Part shown: positions 14,962-28,575 of the stretch, in pieces | How positions within the stretch are numbered: position 1 is the stretch's first letter | Layout of the letters: every line of letters begins with the position of its first letter | From: Octopus vulgaris | Taxonomy: Eukaryota | Direction: 5' to 3' | Assembly (NCBI GenBank): GCA_951406725.2 | Contig: OX597815.1 | Location: 5,270,001 to 5,334,000 of the forward strand | DNA: 64,000 nt | Made by a program: the position numbers and the translations under genes | The notes under the pieces: model-generated | Told to the model about the DNA's origin: nothing | The model's database searches: none | The model's input: only the letters and a program-made list of their open reading frames with translations

Positions 14962-15146
14962 TGCTCTCTTTTACTCTTTTACTTGTTTCAGTCATTTGAC
15001 TGCGGCCATGCTGGAGCACCGCTTTTAGTCGATCAAATCAGTACTTATTCTATCGGTCTCTTTTGCCGAACCGCTAAGTGGCGGGGATGTAGACACACCA
15101 GCATCGGTTGTCAAGCAATGCTAGGGGGACAAACACAGACACACAA

Positions 15147-15177
<31 letters not shown>

Positions 15178-15346
15178 CATATATACGACAGGCTTCTTTC
15201 AGTTTCCTTCTACCAAATCCACTCACAAGGCATTGGTCGGCCCGGGGCTGTAGCAGAAGACACTTGCCCAAGATGCCACGCAGTGGGACTGAACCCGCAA
15301 CCATGTGGTTGGTTAGCAAGCTACTTACCACACAGCCACTCCTGCG

Positions 15347-15349
<3 letters not shown>
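14962..15349 (-). mobile_element. SINE family A, near full length
   Basis: Matches 4374-4786. A further partial copy lies at 15465-15605. Confidence 0.92.
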
Positions 15350-15436
<87 letters not shown>

Positions 15437-15714
15437 TATTCTTTTATTATTTCATTCTTTTCGTTTTTCAGTCACCTGACTGCGGCCATGCTGGAGCACC
15501 GGTTTCAAGGGTTTTAGTCGAACAAATCGACCGCTAAGTTACAGGGACGTAAACACACCATCACCAGTTGTCAAACAGTAATGGGAGACAAACAGGCACA
15601 AAGACACACGCACACACTCACAAATGCGCGCGCACACACACACACGCATACGCACCTGTATACATACATACATGCATACATACATACATACATACATACA
15701 TACATACATACATA

Positions 15715-15754
<40 letters not shown>

Positions 15755-15888
15755 AGGTATTGGTATCTAGAAAACCCAAAGAGTGTCAGGTATATATCTT
15801 ATTTCTACTTTCATTCTCTTATTTCCTTCTATATTCCATATCTCCTTCATTTCCCTAATCATTCGAACTCAAAAATTTTCTCATGCCG

Positions 15889-15933
15889 TCTCTGATGAAG
15901 GGATATTCATAATATCCCGAAACGGCTGTAAGA
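15889..15933 (+). ncRNA. Putative minimal type-I hammerhead ribozyme
   Basis: TCT-CTGATGA-A-GGGATATT(CAT)AATATCCC-GAAA-CGGCTG-TA-AGA: stem I TCT/AGA, 8-bp stem II, near-palindromic stem III, GUA cleavage triplet. Confidence 0.75.
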
Positions 15934-15994
15934 ATAATTCCTTATAAATGTCCTGAAAACTCACGGCCTAGGATTTGTTATCTCATTCTATTTA

Positions 15995-16175
15995 AGATCG
16001 TTAGCCACTAAATCTTTTTCTATTGTCTCTCCCTGTTTATTTCTGTGTTCCTTTCTGTCGAAGAGCGTAGGCTCGAAACGTAAAAAGACTTTCTCACTTC
16101 CCGAGCGTTAAACTAATACATCTGTTTGTTATTTATACATACATCTTCGTCTTTTGTTTGTTTGTAAATTCTCAC
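15995..16175 (+). mobile_element. Short interspersed repeat family E with a hammerhead-like motif (16051-16087)
   Basis: Homologous to 20322-20503 (+) and 49635-49787 (-). Contains CTTT-CTGTCGA-A-GAGC(GTAG)GCTC-GAAA-CG-TA-AAAAG. Confidence 0.75.
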
Positions 16176-16471
16176 AATATGTTTCTGGGGGTTTAGTGGT
16201 CTTTAGGGAAGAATTTTTCAAGAAGATAGAGGCTGGTGGTATCCGATGATGGAATCAAGTTACAAGCATTATTTTGGACCTCCAAACCCACCAAAACAGC
16301 TGTTGCACTCGTAAAACTCCTACTCAACACCTTTAATTCCTGATATTATTTCTATCCTGTGTAAGTCAGACTTTCTTTATATGTATACATACATTTTTTT
16401 CTATTAAATGTGTTTCATATTTCTGCATATCGACTTGCCTAACTCGCTTTCCTTAAATTTACTCCTATATG

Positions 16472-17145
16472 CAGGGGTTGGACAAAATGGAAACACCTTA
16501 AAATTTCAAACAGATTTATTTTAATATGGGGTAGGACCGCCTTTGGCAGTAATTACAGCTTGAGTTCTACGAGGTATGGACTCGTATAAAGTTGAATTGT
16601 TTCCAAGGAATTTTTATCCATTCTTCAGCTAAAATAGTCTCCAATTCTTGTAGTGATGATGGTGGAAGATATCGACTCTTTATTTGTTTTTCTAAAATGC
16701 ACCATAAATGTTCAATAATATTGAGATCTAGGGATTGTGGTGGCCAGATAAGATTTTCAACTTCACTAGAATAGTCTTCGTGCCATTCAGTAACAACTTT
16801 AGCTGTGAGAATTGATGCGTTATCATCCTGAAAGATAGCATTTCCCTCCGGAAACAGTTCCGCAACCATATTGTATTTGGTTAGATAAAATGCTTAAGTT
16901 TTCTTGACTGTTAATTCTGCCATTGTGCCGGTGGATTTCCAAGATATAACCCCCCCCCCCAGATCATCATAGACCCTCCTCCATGTTTAACAGTTGGAAG
17001 AAGGCAGTCTGGGTGAAATGTTTCTTTTGGCTATCTCCACACGTATACTCGGCCAGTGGTCGGAAATAAGGTAAAGGATGATTGTCCGAGAAAATGACAT
17101 TCCTCCACTGCTCTAGGGATCAATTTTTACTCCACTCTAAATACT
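16472..17145 (-). mobile_element. Tc1-like (DD34E) transposon 3' part, pseudogenised
   Basis: ORF 16567-16869 FQDDNAS..WPPQSLDLNIIEHLW. Upstream WRNVIFSD..GRVYVWR..PTVKHGGGSMMIWG. TIR-like CAGGGGTTGGACAAAATGGAAACAC at 16472. Confidence 0.9.
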
Positions 17146-17207
17146 TTGCAATTTCCGGGTTATTTCCCTTCATCAGCACAGAACAATTATCTTGCCGAAC
17201 AATTATT

Positions 17208-17250
17208 CTGTGCTGATGAAGGGAAATAACCCGGAAATTGCGATACACAG
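17208..17250 (+). ncRNA. Putative minimal type-I hammerhead ribozyme, with an inverted truncated copy at 17146-17182
   Basis: CTGTG-CTGATGA-A-GGG(AAATAA)CCC-G-GAAA-TTGCGA-TA-CACAG: 5-bp stem I, near-palindromic stem III, AUA triplet. Confidence 0.7.
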
Positions 17251-17687
17251 ATATTGTTTTGAGCTGAGTGGGGGTGGGGGGTGCTAGATTCCCTTGTTTG
17301 AAAATATAAGAACACAGATCGTGTTGTGTAGCCAGCTGGAGATGATGTCTCCTGGGGCTAAATTACAGCAGCATTCGTCCTAAACCAGGACTGCCATGTT
17401 ATGTTGGCAAATAATCTTTACTACAGTCAAGTACTGTAGTGGGTGTAATCGACTACTCTCTTCTCCAAAAATTTCAGAGCTTGTTCGTATAGAATAGCTT
17501 AGTGGTTAGGGTGTTGCTCTCTCGATCGCACGATCATGGTTTCAGTTCCTAGACAGGATGGTGCGTTGCGTTCTTGAGCAAGGCATTTCGTCTCACCTTG
17601 CTTTACGATCACTTCAACACCTGACGTGAGGTACATCTTTATATATAAAAGTGAGGTTGTGTGAGTGTCTGTCTCCTACGATTTAGA

Positions 17688-17808
17688 GCCTCGTGGAGCA
17701 TTCGGTGTTTTCACTCAATAAACACTCACAACGCCCGGTCTGGGAATCGAAACCGCGATCCTACGACCGCGAGTCCGCTGCCCTAACCACTGGGCCATTG
17801 CGCCTCCT
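17688..17808 (-). mobile_element. SINE family B head fragment
   Basis: Reverse complement of GGAGGCGCAATGGCCCAGTGGTTAGGGCAGCGGACTCGCGG. Confidence 0.9.
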
Positions 17809-18033
17809 TGACGACCTAATATAATAAGAATATCACTAAGCAGTGATTGGTGAAACTGTAATGAGCTTGATGCACGTTCGAACCTGGGAACAAGTTACTC
17901 ACTGCGTTTTGTTACGGAGAATATATCTCGCTTGTTGACAAATAACTCATGGGCAAGTGTATTCTATTATAGCCTCGAGCCGACCAAAGCCTTGTGAGTG
18001 GAATTGATAGACGGAAACTAAAAGAAACCCGTC

Positions 18034-18096
<63 letters not shown>

Positions 18097-18100
<4 letters not shown>

Positions 18101-18471
18101 ATATATAAAAGTGAAGTTGTGTGTCTGTCTCCTACGATTTAGATTCCTAACTACTCCCACATTTTGCGGTGCAGTTTAACCAAAACCGGGTATCTTATAG
18201 TCGTGATTCATATCGAGCCCTTCTACGATGAGTCTACGATTTTAAAGAGAATTTACCATCAATTTTTTCCCATTTTAATGCATTTTTGGCATATATAAGG
18301 GAAGTAACTCTCTAAAAATGTCTACGATGAGTCAACGATTTAAAAAAAATTACTATAATTTTTTTCCCATTTTTAATGCATTTTTTTGCTATTCTTTGGC
18401 TATAACTCTCTAAAAATGCTTATATAGTTATTTCCCTTACAAACCCGAGCAACGCCGGGCGATACTACTAG
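18097..18471 (+). mobile_element. Non-autonomous Helitron
   Basis: 5' end T.TTATATATAAAAGTGA (canonical A|TC version at 17636). 3' GC-rich hairpin CCCGAGCAACGCCGGG, then CTAG|T at 18468-18472. No TSD. Confidence 0.82.
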
Positions 18472-19003
18472 TTGAATATATATTTTCATGCGTGCGAGTA
18501 CACTTCTTTCTCTCTATATATATATGTATGCGTTCACTTTTAAAACATTCTGGCGTCTTTGAACGTGAATACGCTAATTGTAAAGTGTTTCGTGATTGGA
18601 GAACAATTTCTTACTTTCAATGACTGATACACTCACTGATATTGCAGAAAGCTCGATAGTTTGTAATAAACTTGATGAATACAATTGAAACAGCATTAAA
18701 TTAAAATATCCACCTAAGTGTGTATAGATAGATTATGTCGTACAGCGTAGCCTTGAAACAAAATACTGTCAACGTCAACGATGTAGTTATAGAATTAGAC
18801 AAAGAGATGTATGAATATAATTCACTGCCGATTACGTGTGAATATCATCTGATATTAATGTATGGTAGGATAGCAGCGAGAGCCTGATATTTATGAGGAG
18901 GCTACATATTTCGATAAAATGTACTCCAATTCTTAAATCACAGAAAAGACTGGAATAGAATTCAATAGAGGACACTGTGTATATAGAAGAAACTAAATGC
19001 TTC

Positions 19004-19066
<63 letters not shown>

Positions 19067-19067
<1 letters not shown>

Positions 19068-19259
19068 TTACTCTTTTACTTGTTTCAGTCATGTGACTGT
19101 GGCCATGCTGGAGCACCACCTTTAGTCGAGCAAATCGACTCCAGGACGTATTCTTTGTAAGCCTAGTACTTATTCTATCGGATTTCTTTTACCGAACCGC
19201 TAAGTTATGGTGACATAAACACACCAGCCTCGGTTGTCAAACATACTCACACACATAAA

Positions 19260-19298
<39 letters not shown>

Positions 19299-19970
19299 AA
19301 ACGGGGGTGCACGTAACGCCGCAATAATATAAGAATAAATGTTTTATATATAAAGAACGTGAAATACAGGAAGGGACAAACACGGAACACAGACAAATCA
19401 TTCGAAGCCTTCAATCTTCAGTCAGACACCGAATCATCATAGCAAATTTCGGCTGTTCAATTCTGATATTTGCTCCAACTCGGCCAGCCCCAAGAAAAAA
19501 AACTAAGCTGTAAGCATTAGATTTCTTGGTAGAAGACAGGAATGTGAACGCACGAAACGGATGTAAATACGAGAGACGAAAACGAAATTGAAAACGGTAA
19601 CGGTTAAACAAAATATAATATAACGGTGGTTGTCATACGACTTTAGACCAAATCAGAATTGAACAGCCGAAATTTGCTATGATGATTCGGTGTCTGACTA
19701 AAGATTGAAGGCTTCGAATGATTTGTCTGTGTTCCGTGTTTGTCCCTTCCTGTATTTCACGTTCTTTATATATAAAACATTTATTCTTATATATATATAT
19801 ATACATATATACGACGGGATTCTTTCAGTTTCCGTCTACCAAATCCACTCACAAGGTTTTGCTCGCCACGAGGCTATAGAAGAAGACACTTGCCCAAGGT
19901 TCCACGCAGTGGGACTGAACCCGGAACCATGTAGTTCGTAAGCAAGCTACTTACTACACAGCTACTCCTA
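19067..19970 (-). mobile_element. SINE family A split by an insertion into its internal (TA)n
   Basis: Tail and body at 19067-19240, head at 19810-19970. Confidence 0.85.
19297..19790. mobile_element. Unclassified insertion with inverted arms of about 140 bp
   Basis: 19327-19466 is the near-perfect reverse complement of 19652-19791. Flanked by (TA)n. Confidence 0.7.
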
Positions 19971-20321
19971 CACATAGATATATCCCTATAAATCCCATCG
20001 CACCCCAGCCTTGCTTCCCCCACTTTCAGTCCCCCGACACACCAACACACCACCACACAACACACCACCATAGCATACCATACCACACCACACCAAATCA
20101 CACCACCCCGCACACACTTGCACTAACCACTTCCCAGCACCTACACCATCATCCACACACCTACACATGCACACACGCATACGTTAATGTCACCAGCCCC
20201 CTTCCACACGCTCTCACATACACAAGCACGCGCACCTTCGTTTTGGAATCACCACTACTTTATTATCTCCCCTTCTTCCTAGCTCTCCAGTGTGACCCCT
20301 CTGTCTGGCATTCGCCATGAT

Positions 20322-21927
<1,606 letters not shown>

Positions 21928-22018
21928 TATTTGAGGGAATATTAATCCTAATATATATATATATATATATATAGTATAGGATTAATATTTCCCCGAGGGA
22001 ATATTAATCCTAACTTAC

Positions 22019-22068
<50 letters not shown>

Positions 22069-22599
22069 GTATGTATACATGTATATTGTTGTAGACTATA
22101 AGAAGCAGGCAAACATGACATTTAGCGGGAAATACGTAGAACTTGGTCGGAGCGGTCGAGTCCCGTGTCAACATCATTGGAAGGCGACATTGGTATGGCC
22201 GTTGAGGACAGACTTATATACGGCAATAGAAGAAGGTGGCGGCGGCGGAGGGGGGCGGGGGTAAGGCAAAGGGAGAGGAGAAGTGTGAGGAAACATGGAA
22301 TGAAGAAACGAAGTTAAAAGGGAAAAGATAAGGGAGAAAGAAAAGGCTTTGAAGGAAGAAGGAGATAAGTGACATAGGTATAGATAGATACACGGTGGAC
22401 GTGTACGTATGTGTGTGAACGTGGGAGTCTATAAATATGTATTTATATATGTGTATATGTGTGCGTGTGTGCATGTGTATATGTGCCCGTATGTACAAGT
22501 ATGTGTGTAATTGTGTATGCTTTACGCGGATCTGAAAGGTTACCAAGCAACCAAGGAATGAAGTCCTTTTCTTATTTTTAATCTTTAACCCCCCCCACT

Positions 22600-22898
22600 C
22601 GCACGTGTATAAATATACACCTACATGTATTTATATATTTACATACAGCCAAGCCATGAATGTCTACATGTACATACACATACATATATACACATATGCA
22701 TATATGCATATATACATATATGCATATATGCATATATGCATATATACATATATGCATATATACATATATGCATATATACATATACATACATATGCCGCAC
22801 ATACACATGTATATGTATGCTGTATATATATGTATATATGTATGTATGTTGTATATATATATATATATATATATGTATGTTGTATATATATGTATATA

Positions 22899-22932
<34 letters not shown>

Positions 22933-22943
22933 ACTTATGTATG

Positions 22944-23024
<81 letters not shown>

Positions 23025-23473
23025 AAGCATATATATGCACAATACGTACACGCATAAAGACATAAACATGTGTGTGTGTGTGTGTGTGTGTGTAAACTAT
23101 CAAGTGTTCTTTAAACATATTTAACTTATTGTAAAACCTCCAGAACAATCACAGTTTTTCACCGTTAACATCCGCCGCATTATTAGACACTGCTCTCCCT
23201 GGATTAATCTCCGACATTAAAACCGTTGCTACCACACCTACTAATACTATCATTAACACCGCCACCACGACCGTCGTCACCACCACCACCACCACCACCA
23301 CCACCACCACCATCACCACCACCACCATCACCACCACCACCACCACCACCACCACCACCACCATCACCACCACCACCACCACCACCACCACCACCACCAC
23401 TACTACTACTACTACTACTTCTACTACCACCACCACCACCACCACCATCACCACCACCACCACCACCACCACC

Positions 23474-23509
<36 letters not shown>

Positions 23510-23510
23510 G

Positions 23511-23542
<32 letters not shown>

Positions 23543-23543
23543 G

Positions 23544-23598
<55 letters not shown>

Positions 23599-23618
23599 CC
23601 CTACTACTACTATTGCTG

Positions 23619-23704
<86 letters not shown>

Positions 23705-23709
23705 CCTAG

Positions 23710-23740
<31 letters not shown>
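22600..23740. repeat. Compound TA/TATG/TATC microsatellite and (CAC)/(TAC)/(TGC)n arrays
   Basis: Direct inspection. A short unique spacer lies at 23095-23260. Confidence 0.9.
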
Positions 23741-23741
<1 letters not shown>

Positions 23742-23744
23742 ATA

Positions 23745-24189
23745 CTACTGTCCAAAGAGGGGGCAGTCGGGAGGTACGAGCTCTGAACCCTATGCAAGGT
23801 GTTGCAGAAACTCAAAACCCAATTTTTACAATGGCTGAGATGGCGTGGACCGTTGTAATGTGGAAGTGCAATGTAATGCAACGACAACGGACTTGATGTG
23901 AATCGTTATGTTTGAGATTCTTGTTCAGCAGTCTACATGTGATGACTGTAGACCCCTTTTCCGGGTAATCTTCCAGTATAGGCCCTTTTGCAGCTAGAAA
24001 AGCAATTTTTTTAAAAAATGAACTTAGGCGCAGGAGTGGCTGTGTGGTAAGTAGCTTGCTTACTAACCACATGGTTCCGGGTTCAGTACCACTGCGTGGC
24101 ATCTTGGGCAAGTGTCTTCTGCTACAGCCCCGGGCCGACCAATGCCTTGTGAGTGGATTTGGTAGACGGAAACTGAAGGAAGCCTGTCG

Positions 24190-24236
<47 letters not shown>

Positions 24237-24700
24237 ATGTGTGTGTGTCTGTGTTTGTCCCCCTAGCATTGCTTGACAACCGATGCTGGTGTGTTTACGT
24301 CCCCGTCACTTAGCGGTTCGGCAAAAAGAGACCGATAGAATAAGTACTGGGCTTACAAAAGAATAAGTCCCGGGGTCGATTTGTTCGACTAAAGGCGGTG
24401 CTCCAGCATGGCCGCAGTCAAATGACTGAAACAAGTAAAAGAGTAAAAAGAGAGTAAGAGAGCATAGCGTCATCTACTGAAGGTTGAGACTTGGATTTCT
24501 TTTTCGCGGGCGATTCCGGACGTTTTCTCTCCATACACAACCTTTGGATTCTGGCTAAAAGTAATGGACCAAAGTCTCATCTCCTGTGTCTATTCTCTAA
24601 AAAAGAGCTTCGCCTTCATCGTGAATGCACATTAAGTTATAATGTCCTCGCTCACTTCTGTTGTTTATAGCAGTGCTTGGAAGTAAAGTGTGTTGAGTGT
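23745..24700 (-). mobile_element. Highly degenerate mariner remnant split by a SINE
   Basis: Minus strand RIDTGDETLVHYF*PESK (24545-24597) and KLGFEFLQHLA*GSELVPPDCPLFG (23750-23826) resemble TGDETWVHY and HPPYSPDLAPSDFHLF. Confidence 0.6.
24026..24461 (+). mobile_element. SINE family A, full length
   Basis: AGGCGCAGGAGTGGCTGTGTGG...GAAACAAGTAAAAGAGTAAAAGAG. Confidence 0.93.
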
Positions 24701-24708
24701 GGTCATCT

Positions 24709-24811
24709 CAAGAAGAAGAAGGAGAAGAAGAAGAAGAAGAAGAAGAAGAAGAGGAGGAGGAAGAAGAAGAAGAAGAAGAAGAAGAGGAGGAAGAAGAAGA
24801 AGAAGAAGAAG

Positions 24812-24842
<31 letters not shown>

Positions 24843-24871
24843 GGAAGAAGGAGAAGAAGAAGAAGAAGAAG

Positions 24872-24902
<31 letters not shown>

Positions 24903-24992
24903 GGAAGAAGAAGAAGAAGAAGAAGAAGAAGAAGAAGAAGAAGAAGAAGAAGAAGATGATGAAGAAAATGAAGATAATGATGATGATGATGA
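24709..24992. repeat. (GAA)n/(GAT)n array
   Basis: Direct inspection. Confidence 0.95.
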
Positions 24993-25353
24993 TCAGGTTT
25001 CAGCTGTGCAGGATCTCCTTGATTGTATTGAAGAAGATGAAAACTATTTGAAAATGGTCAAAGTGGGTGAGGAATCGTTGGTTTGTGGCTTTGATCCCGA
25101 AAACAAGGTTTAGTCTTCAGAATGGAAAACTCCATCAAGATTTCAAGATGGTAAGAAGACTCAAGAGAATGCAACGAGGCAGCAGCTGCCAGCTATCCCC
25201 CGAAATAGGGAGTTCCAGGAATGCTTCCATCAACAGAAACGACTCTGGGTAAATTGGTGTGACTTGAGAAGGGGACAACTTCAAAGGGGATTAAATGTGT
25301 TGTACTTTTCCTTTTATAGCACCAGTCTCGGTACTTTTCGACCAGACTTCGTA
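24993..25353 (+). mobile_element. Internally deleted mariner remnant with right TIR
   Basis: QDLLDCIEEDENYLKMVKVGEESLVCGFDPENKV*SSEWKTP resembles F...IITGDE.W.Y.YDPETK.QS.EW. Ends CAGTCTCGGTACTTTTCGACCAGACTTCG|TA. Confidence 0.7.
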
Positions 25354-25854
25354 TACAACAAATGAAGATGAATAGATATTCATGTTCCTTTCTTATATTT
25401 CTTCGCCGCGTGACATGCGCAGCTTCTGTTGTTGCAGAGATTGCAGTTGCAGAGATGACTTAACATCATTAGACAAGTCATGCTTGCGTCATTTATTCCA
25501 TTGACTGAATGATGAACTAGGAATGTTCTCCGTATTCCTATTTAGCACCCTGCCAGACAAATATATGCTGGAGGCATGATAACCACAATATTTAAGATCC
25601 AAACTAATTGATATATAACAGGCATAAATATAATTATTTTTATGTTACCGTATCATACAAAACATGGCTGTAAATGCTAATATCCCGACAAGCTACTTTA
25701 AGATACAATGATTTACACATGGTGTTCTTTGGACATTCAAAGAATAGCAGACATTATCCTCTGATGGGGGACAATTGCCCCTGCCCCCAGGCATATTTGG
25801 GGTAAGAATTTCCAATCAATTACTATTCTGTTTATTTAAAATATTGATTTCAAA

Positions 25855-26058
25855 TTTTGGCACAAGACTAACAGTTTTGCGGGTCGGGATAAGTCGATTA
25901 AATCGACTAGGTGTTCAATTGGTACCTATTTTATTAACTACGAATGGATTATAGAGTAAGTCGACCTCGGCGGCGTTTGAACTCAGAACGTAAAACAGAC
26001 GCAATGCCGCTAAGCATTTTTCCCGGTGTGTTAACGATTCTGCCATCTCGTCGCCTTA
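25855..26058 (-). mobile_element. SINE family C, diverged monomer
   Basis: GTCGACCTCGGCGGCGTTTGAACTCAGAACG..AACGATTCTGCCATCTCGTCGCCTT. Confidence 0.8.
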
Positions 26059-26149
26059 CACTATAGTGTTTTTCATATCAGCTGCAACCCCCACAACAAA
26101 GATTTTCAAAGTATATTTATCTATGTAATGAAAATGTCTGATATTTAGA

Positions 26150-27539
26150 ATAACACCGGAAATATAAATCGAGCGATTTCATTGCATGAGTTCATAATAG
26201 GAAAGAAAGTAAGAACAGTTTGTGACAGGATTAACAAAATATTCGACCGGGAAACCGCCAGTGAACGAAAAGCTGGACATTGGTACCAAATATTTTATAG
26301 TGGAGACGAACACCTTGCAGATAAGGACTGTCGCTTTATTCTGCAAGGGACAACGGATCGTTGAATCCGATATTAAAGCGGACCCATGAAAAGTCTCTCG
26401 AGCATTTTCAGGGGAACTAAACCATGACCAATCAAGAGCTGCTCCACTTTTGTACCAGAATGAAAAATTGAAAATCCCGACCGTTGGGTGCTGCATAAAC
26501 TAAAACAAATATTTAAAGAATATTTAATTATCACCATTATAATTTGTTCTGCGTTTCTTTTGCACAACAAAAGCGATGTATTTCTTATTCACAGAGCTAA
26601 CAAGAAATGGATTCTAAACGACAACTAACGGCATTTCGTGTTATAGCTGGGCCGAAGGAAGCACTAAAACACTTCTTTCTTTTTCTGAAGTCACTGTTTC
26701 TAGTTTACAAATCAACTTGAATGAACCTACTCCAACTTGCTTTGTTTCTGCATTAAATTTGACAGCTTAAAATAAAAAAACACACTATACATTTGAAACC
26801 AAAACCAATAGACCGAAATTTGTGCTTCAAACGGTGAGCACAGAAAAATAAAAGATTATTAAAATTAAATGTCGACGTTTTAAAATGACAAAAGGCGGCG
26901 AGCTGGCAGAAACGTTAGCACGCCGGACGAAATGCGTAGACGTATTTCGTCTGCCGTTACTTTCTGAGTTCAAATTCCGCCGAGATCGACTTTTGCCTTT
27001 CATCCTTTCGGGGTCGATAAATTAAGTACCAGTTACGCACTGGAGTCGCTATAATCGACTAAATCCGTTTGTCTGTGCTTCTTTGTCCTCTCTGTGTTTA
27101 GCCCCTTGTGGGTAGTAAAGAAATACGTATTTCGTCTGCCGTTACTTTCTAAGTTCAAATTCCGCCGAGGTGGACTTTGCCTTTCATCCTTTTGGGGTCG
27201 ATTAAATAAGTACTAGTTACGCACTGAGGCCGATATAATCGACTTAATCCGTTTGTCTGTGCTTCTCTGTACCCTCTGTGTTTAGTCCCTTGTGGGTAGT
27301 AAAGAAATACGTATTTCGTCTGCCGTTACGTTCTAAGTTCAAATTCCGCCGAGGTCGACTTTGCCTTTCATCCTTTCGGGGTCGATTAAATAAGTACTAG
27401 TTACGCACTGAGGTCGATATAATCGACTTAATCCGTTTGTCTGTCCTAGTTTGTCCCCCTCTGTGTTTAGCCCTTTGTGGGTAGTAAAGAAATAGGTTTA
27501 AAATGACAAAAATCTGCAATCATTTTTGTACCAACCTAC
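26150..27539 (+). mobile_element. Degenerate mariner remnant split by SINE C
   Basis: RAISLHEFIIGK..RINKIFDRETASERKAGHWYQIFYSGDEHLAD resembles the mariner N-terminal HTH. Terminal TGCAATCATTTTTTGTACCAACCTA resembles an Hsmar1/MADE-type TIR. That both parts belong to one element is inferred. Confidence 0.5.
26894..27495 (+). mobile_element. SINE family C (Nin/Deu-like domain): head plus 3 tandem units of about 185 bp
   Basis: Head GGCGGCGAGCTGGCAGAAACGTTAGCACG, B box GAGTTCAAATTCC, body GCCTTTCATCCTTTCGGGGTCGATAAATTAAGTACCAG. Flanking duplication TTTAAAATGACAAAA. Confidence 0.9.
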
Positions 27540-27554
27540 AATAATGTTCAGAAA

Positions 27555-27628
27555 AACGCCCGAGTGAAATCGAACTGCGAACTGTTCGTTATCTAGAGTA
27601 GCGTGATAACCGTTACACCAAAGAACCC
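27555..27628 (-). pseudogene. tRNA-like (Val-type 5' half) remnant
   Basis: GGTTCTTTGGTGTAACGGTTATCACG...GTTCGATT has A and B boxes, but the acceptor, anticodon and T stems do not pair. Confidence 0.45.
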
Positions 27629-27809
27629 CGCAGCAGACATCGTCTACTGAAATCCACAATTCAGAAGTCTTAACAGCTTACTTTACAATCTACTAATACT
27701 GTACATATTCTTAAATTATTACTTTTGATTTATCGAGTTTTTTTTTGTGGTGTGATGCCTCAAACGAAATCGTCGGAATTTGTTGAATTCAACACATGTA
27801 AGTCTAAAT

Positions 27810-27888
27810 CATGCATACACATGCGTATGTGCATGTATATATATGTGCATGTATATATATGTGCATGTGCATGTATATATATACATGC

Positions 27889-27961
<73 letters not shown>

Positions 27962-27985
27962 TATATATATATATATATATATACA

Positions 27986-28050
<65 letters not shown>

Positions 28051-28135
28051 GTACAAGCACATACGCATGTGTATGCATGATATATATATATACACATATA
28101 TATATATACATATATATATGTATATATACATATAT

Positions 28136-28183
<48 letters not shown>

Positions 28184-28426
28184 GCATATATATATACATA
28201 TATGTATATATATATATACATATATATATGTATATATATATACATATATGCATATATATATGTATATATACATTTATATGCATATATATATATGAACATA
28301 AATATGTATACAAACGTATATGTATATATTGATACACATATGTGTGTATGTACGTACATATATATATTATATATATGTATATATACATACACATACATAT
28401 ATGTATGCATGCATACATTTATATAC

Positions 28427-28460
<34 letters not shown>

Positions 28461-28575
28461 ACAAGAACACACATATCTTCATATATGCGAAGAAGCAGAA
28501 GAAGAAGAAGAAGAAGAAGAAGAAGAAGAAGAAGAACAACAACAACAACAACAACAACAACAAAAACAACAACAG
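27810..28575. repeat. Compound (TA)n/(TATG)n plus (GAA)n(CAA)n
   Basis: Direct inspection. Confidence 0.95.

Noticed and set aside
24697-25113. Poly-Glu acidic protein ORF
   Set aside because: (GAA)n microsatellite joined to a mariner remnant.
27555-27628. Functional tRNA gene
   Set aside because: The cloverleaf stems do not pair. The tRNA-like SINE heads elsewhere are also not tRNA genes.
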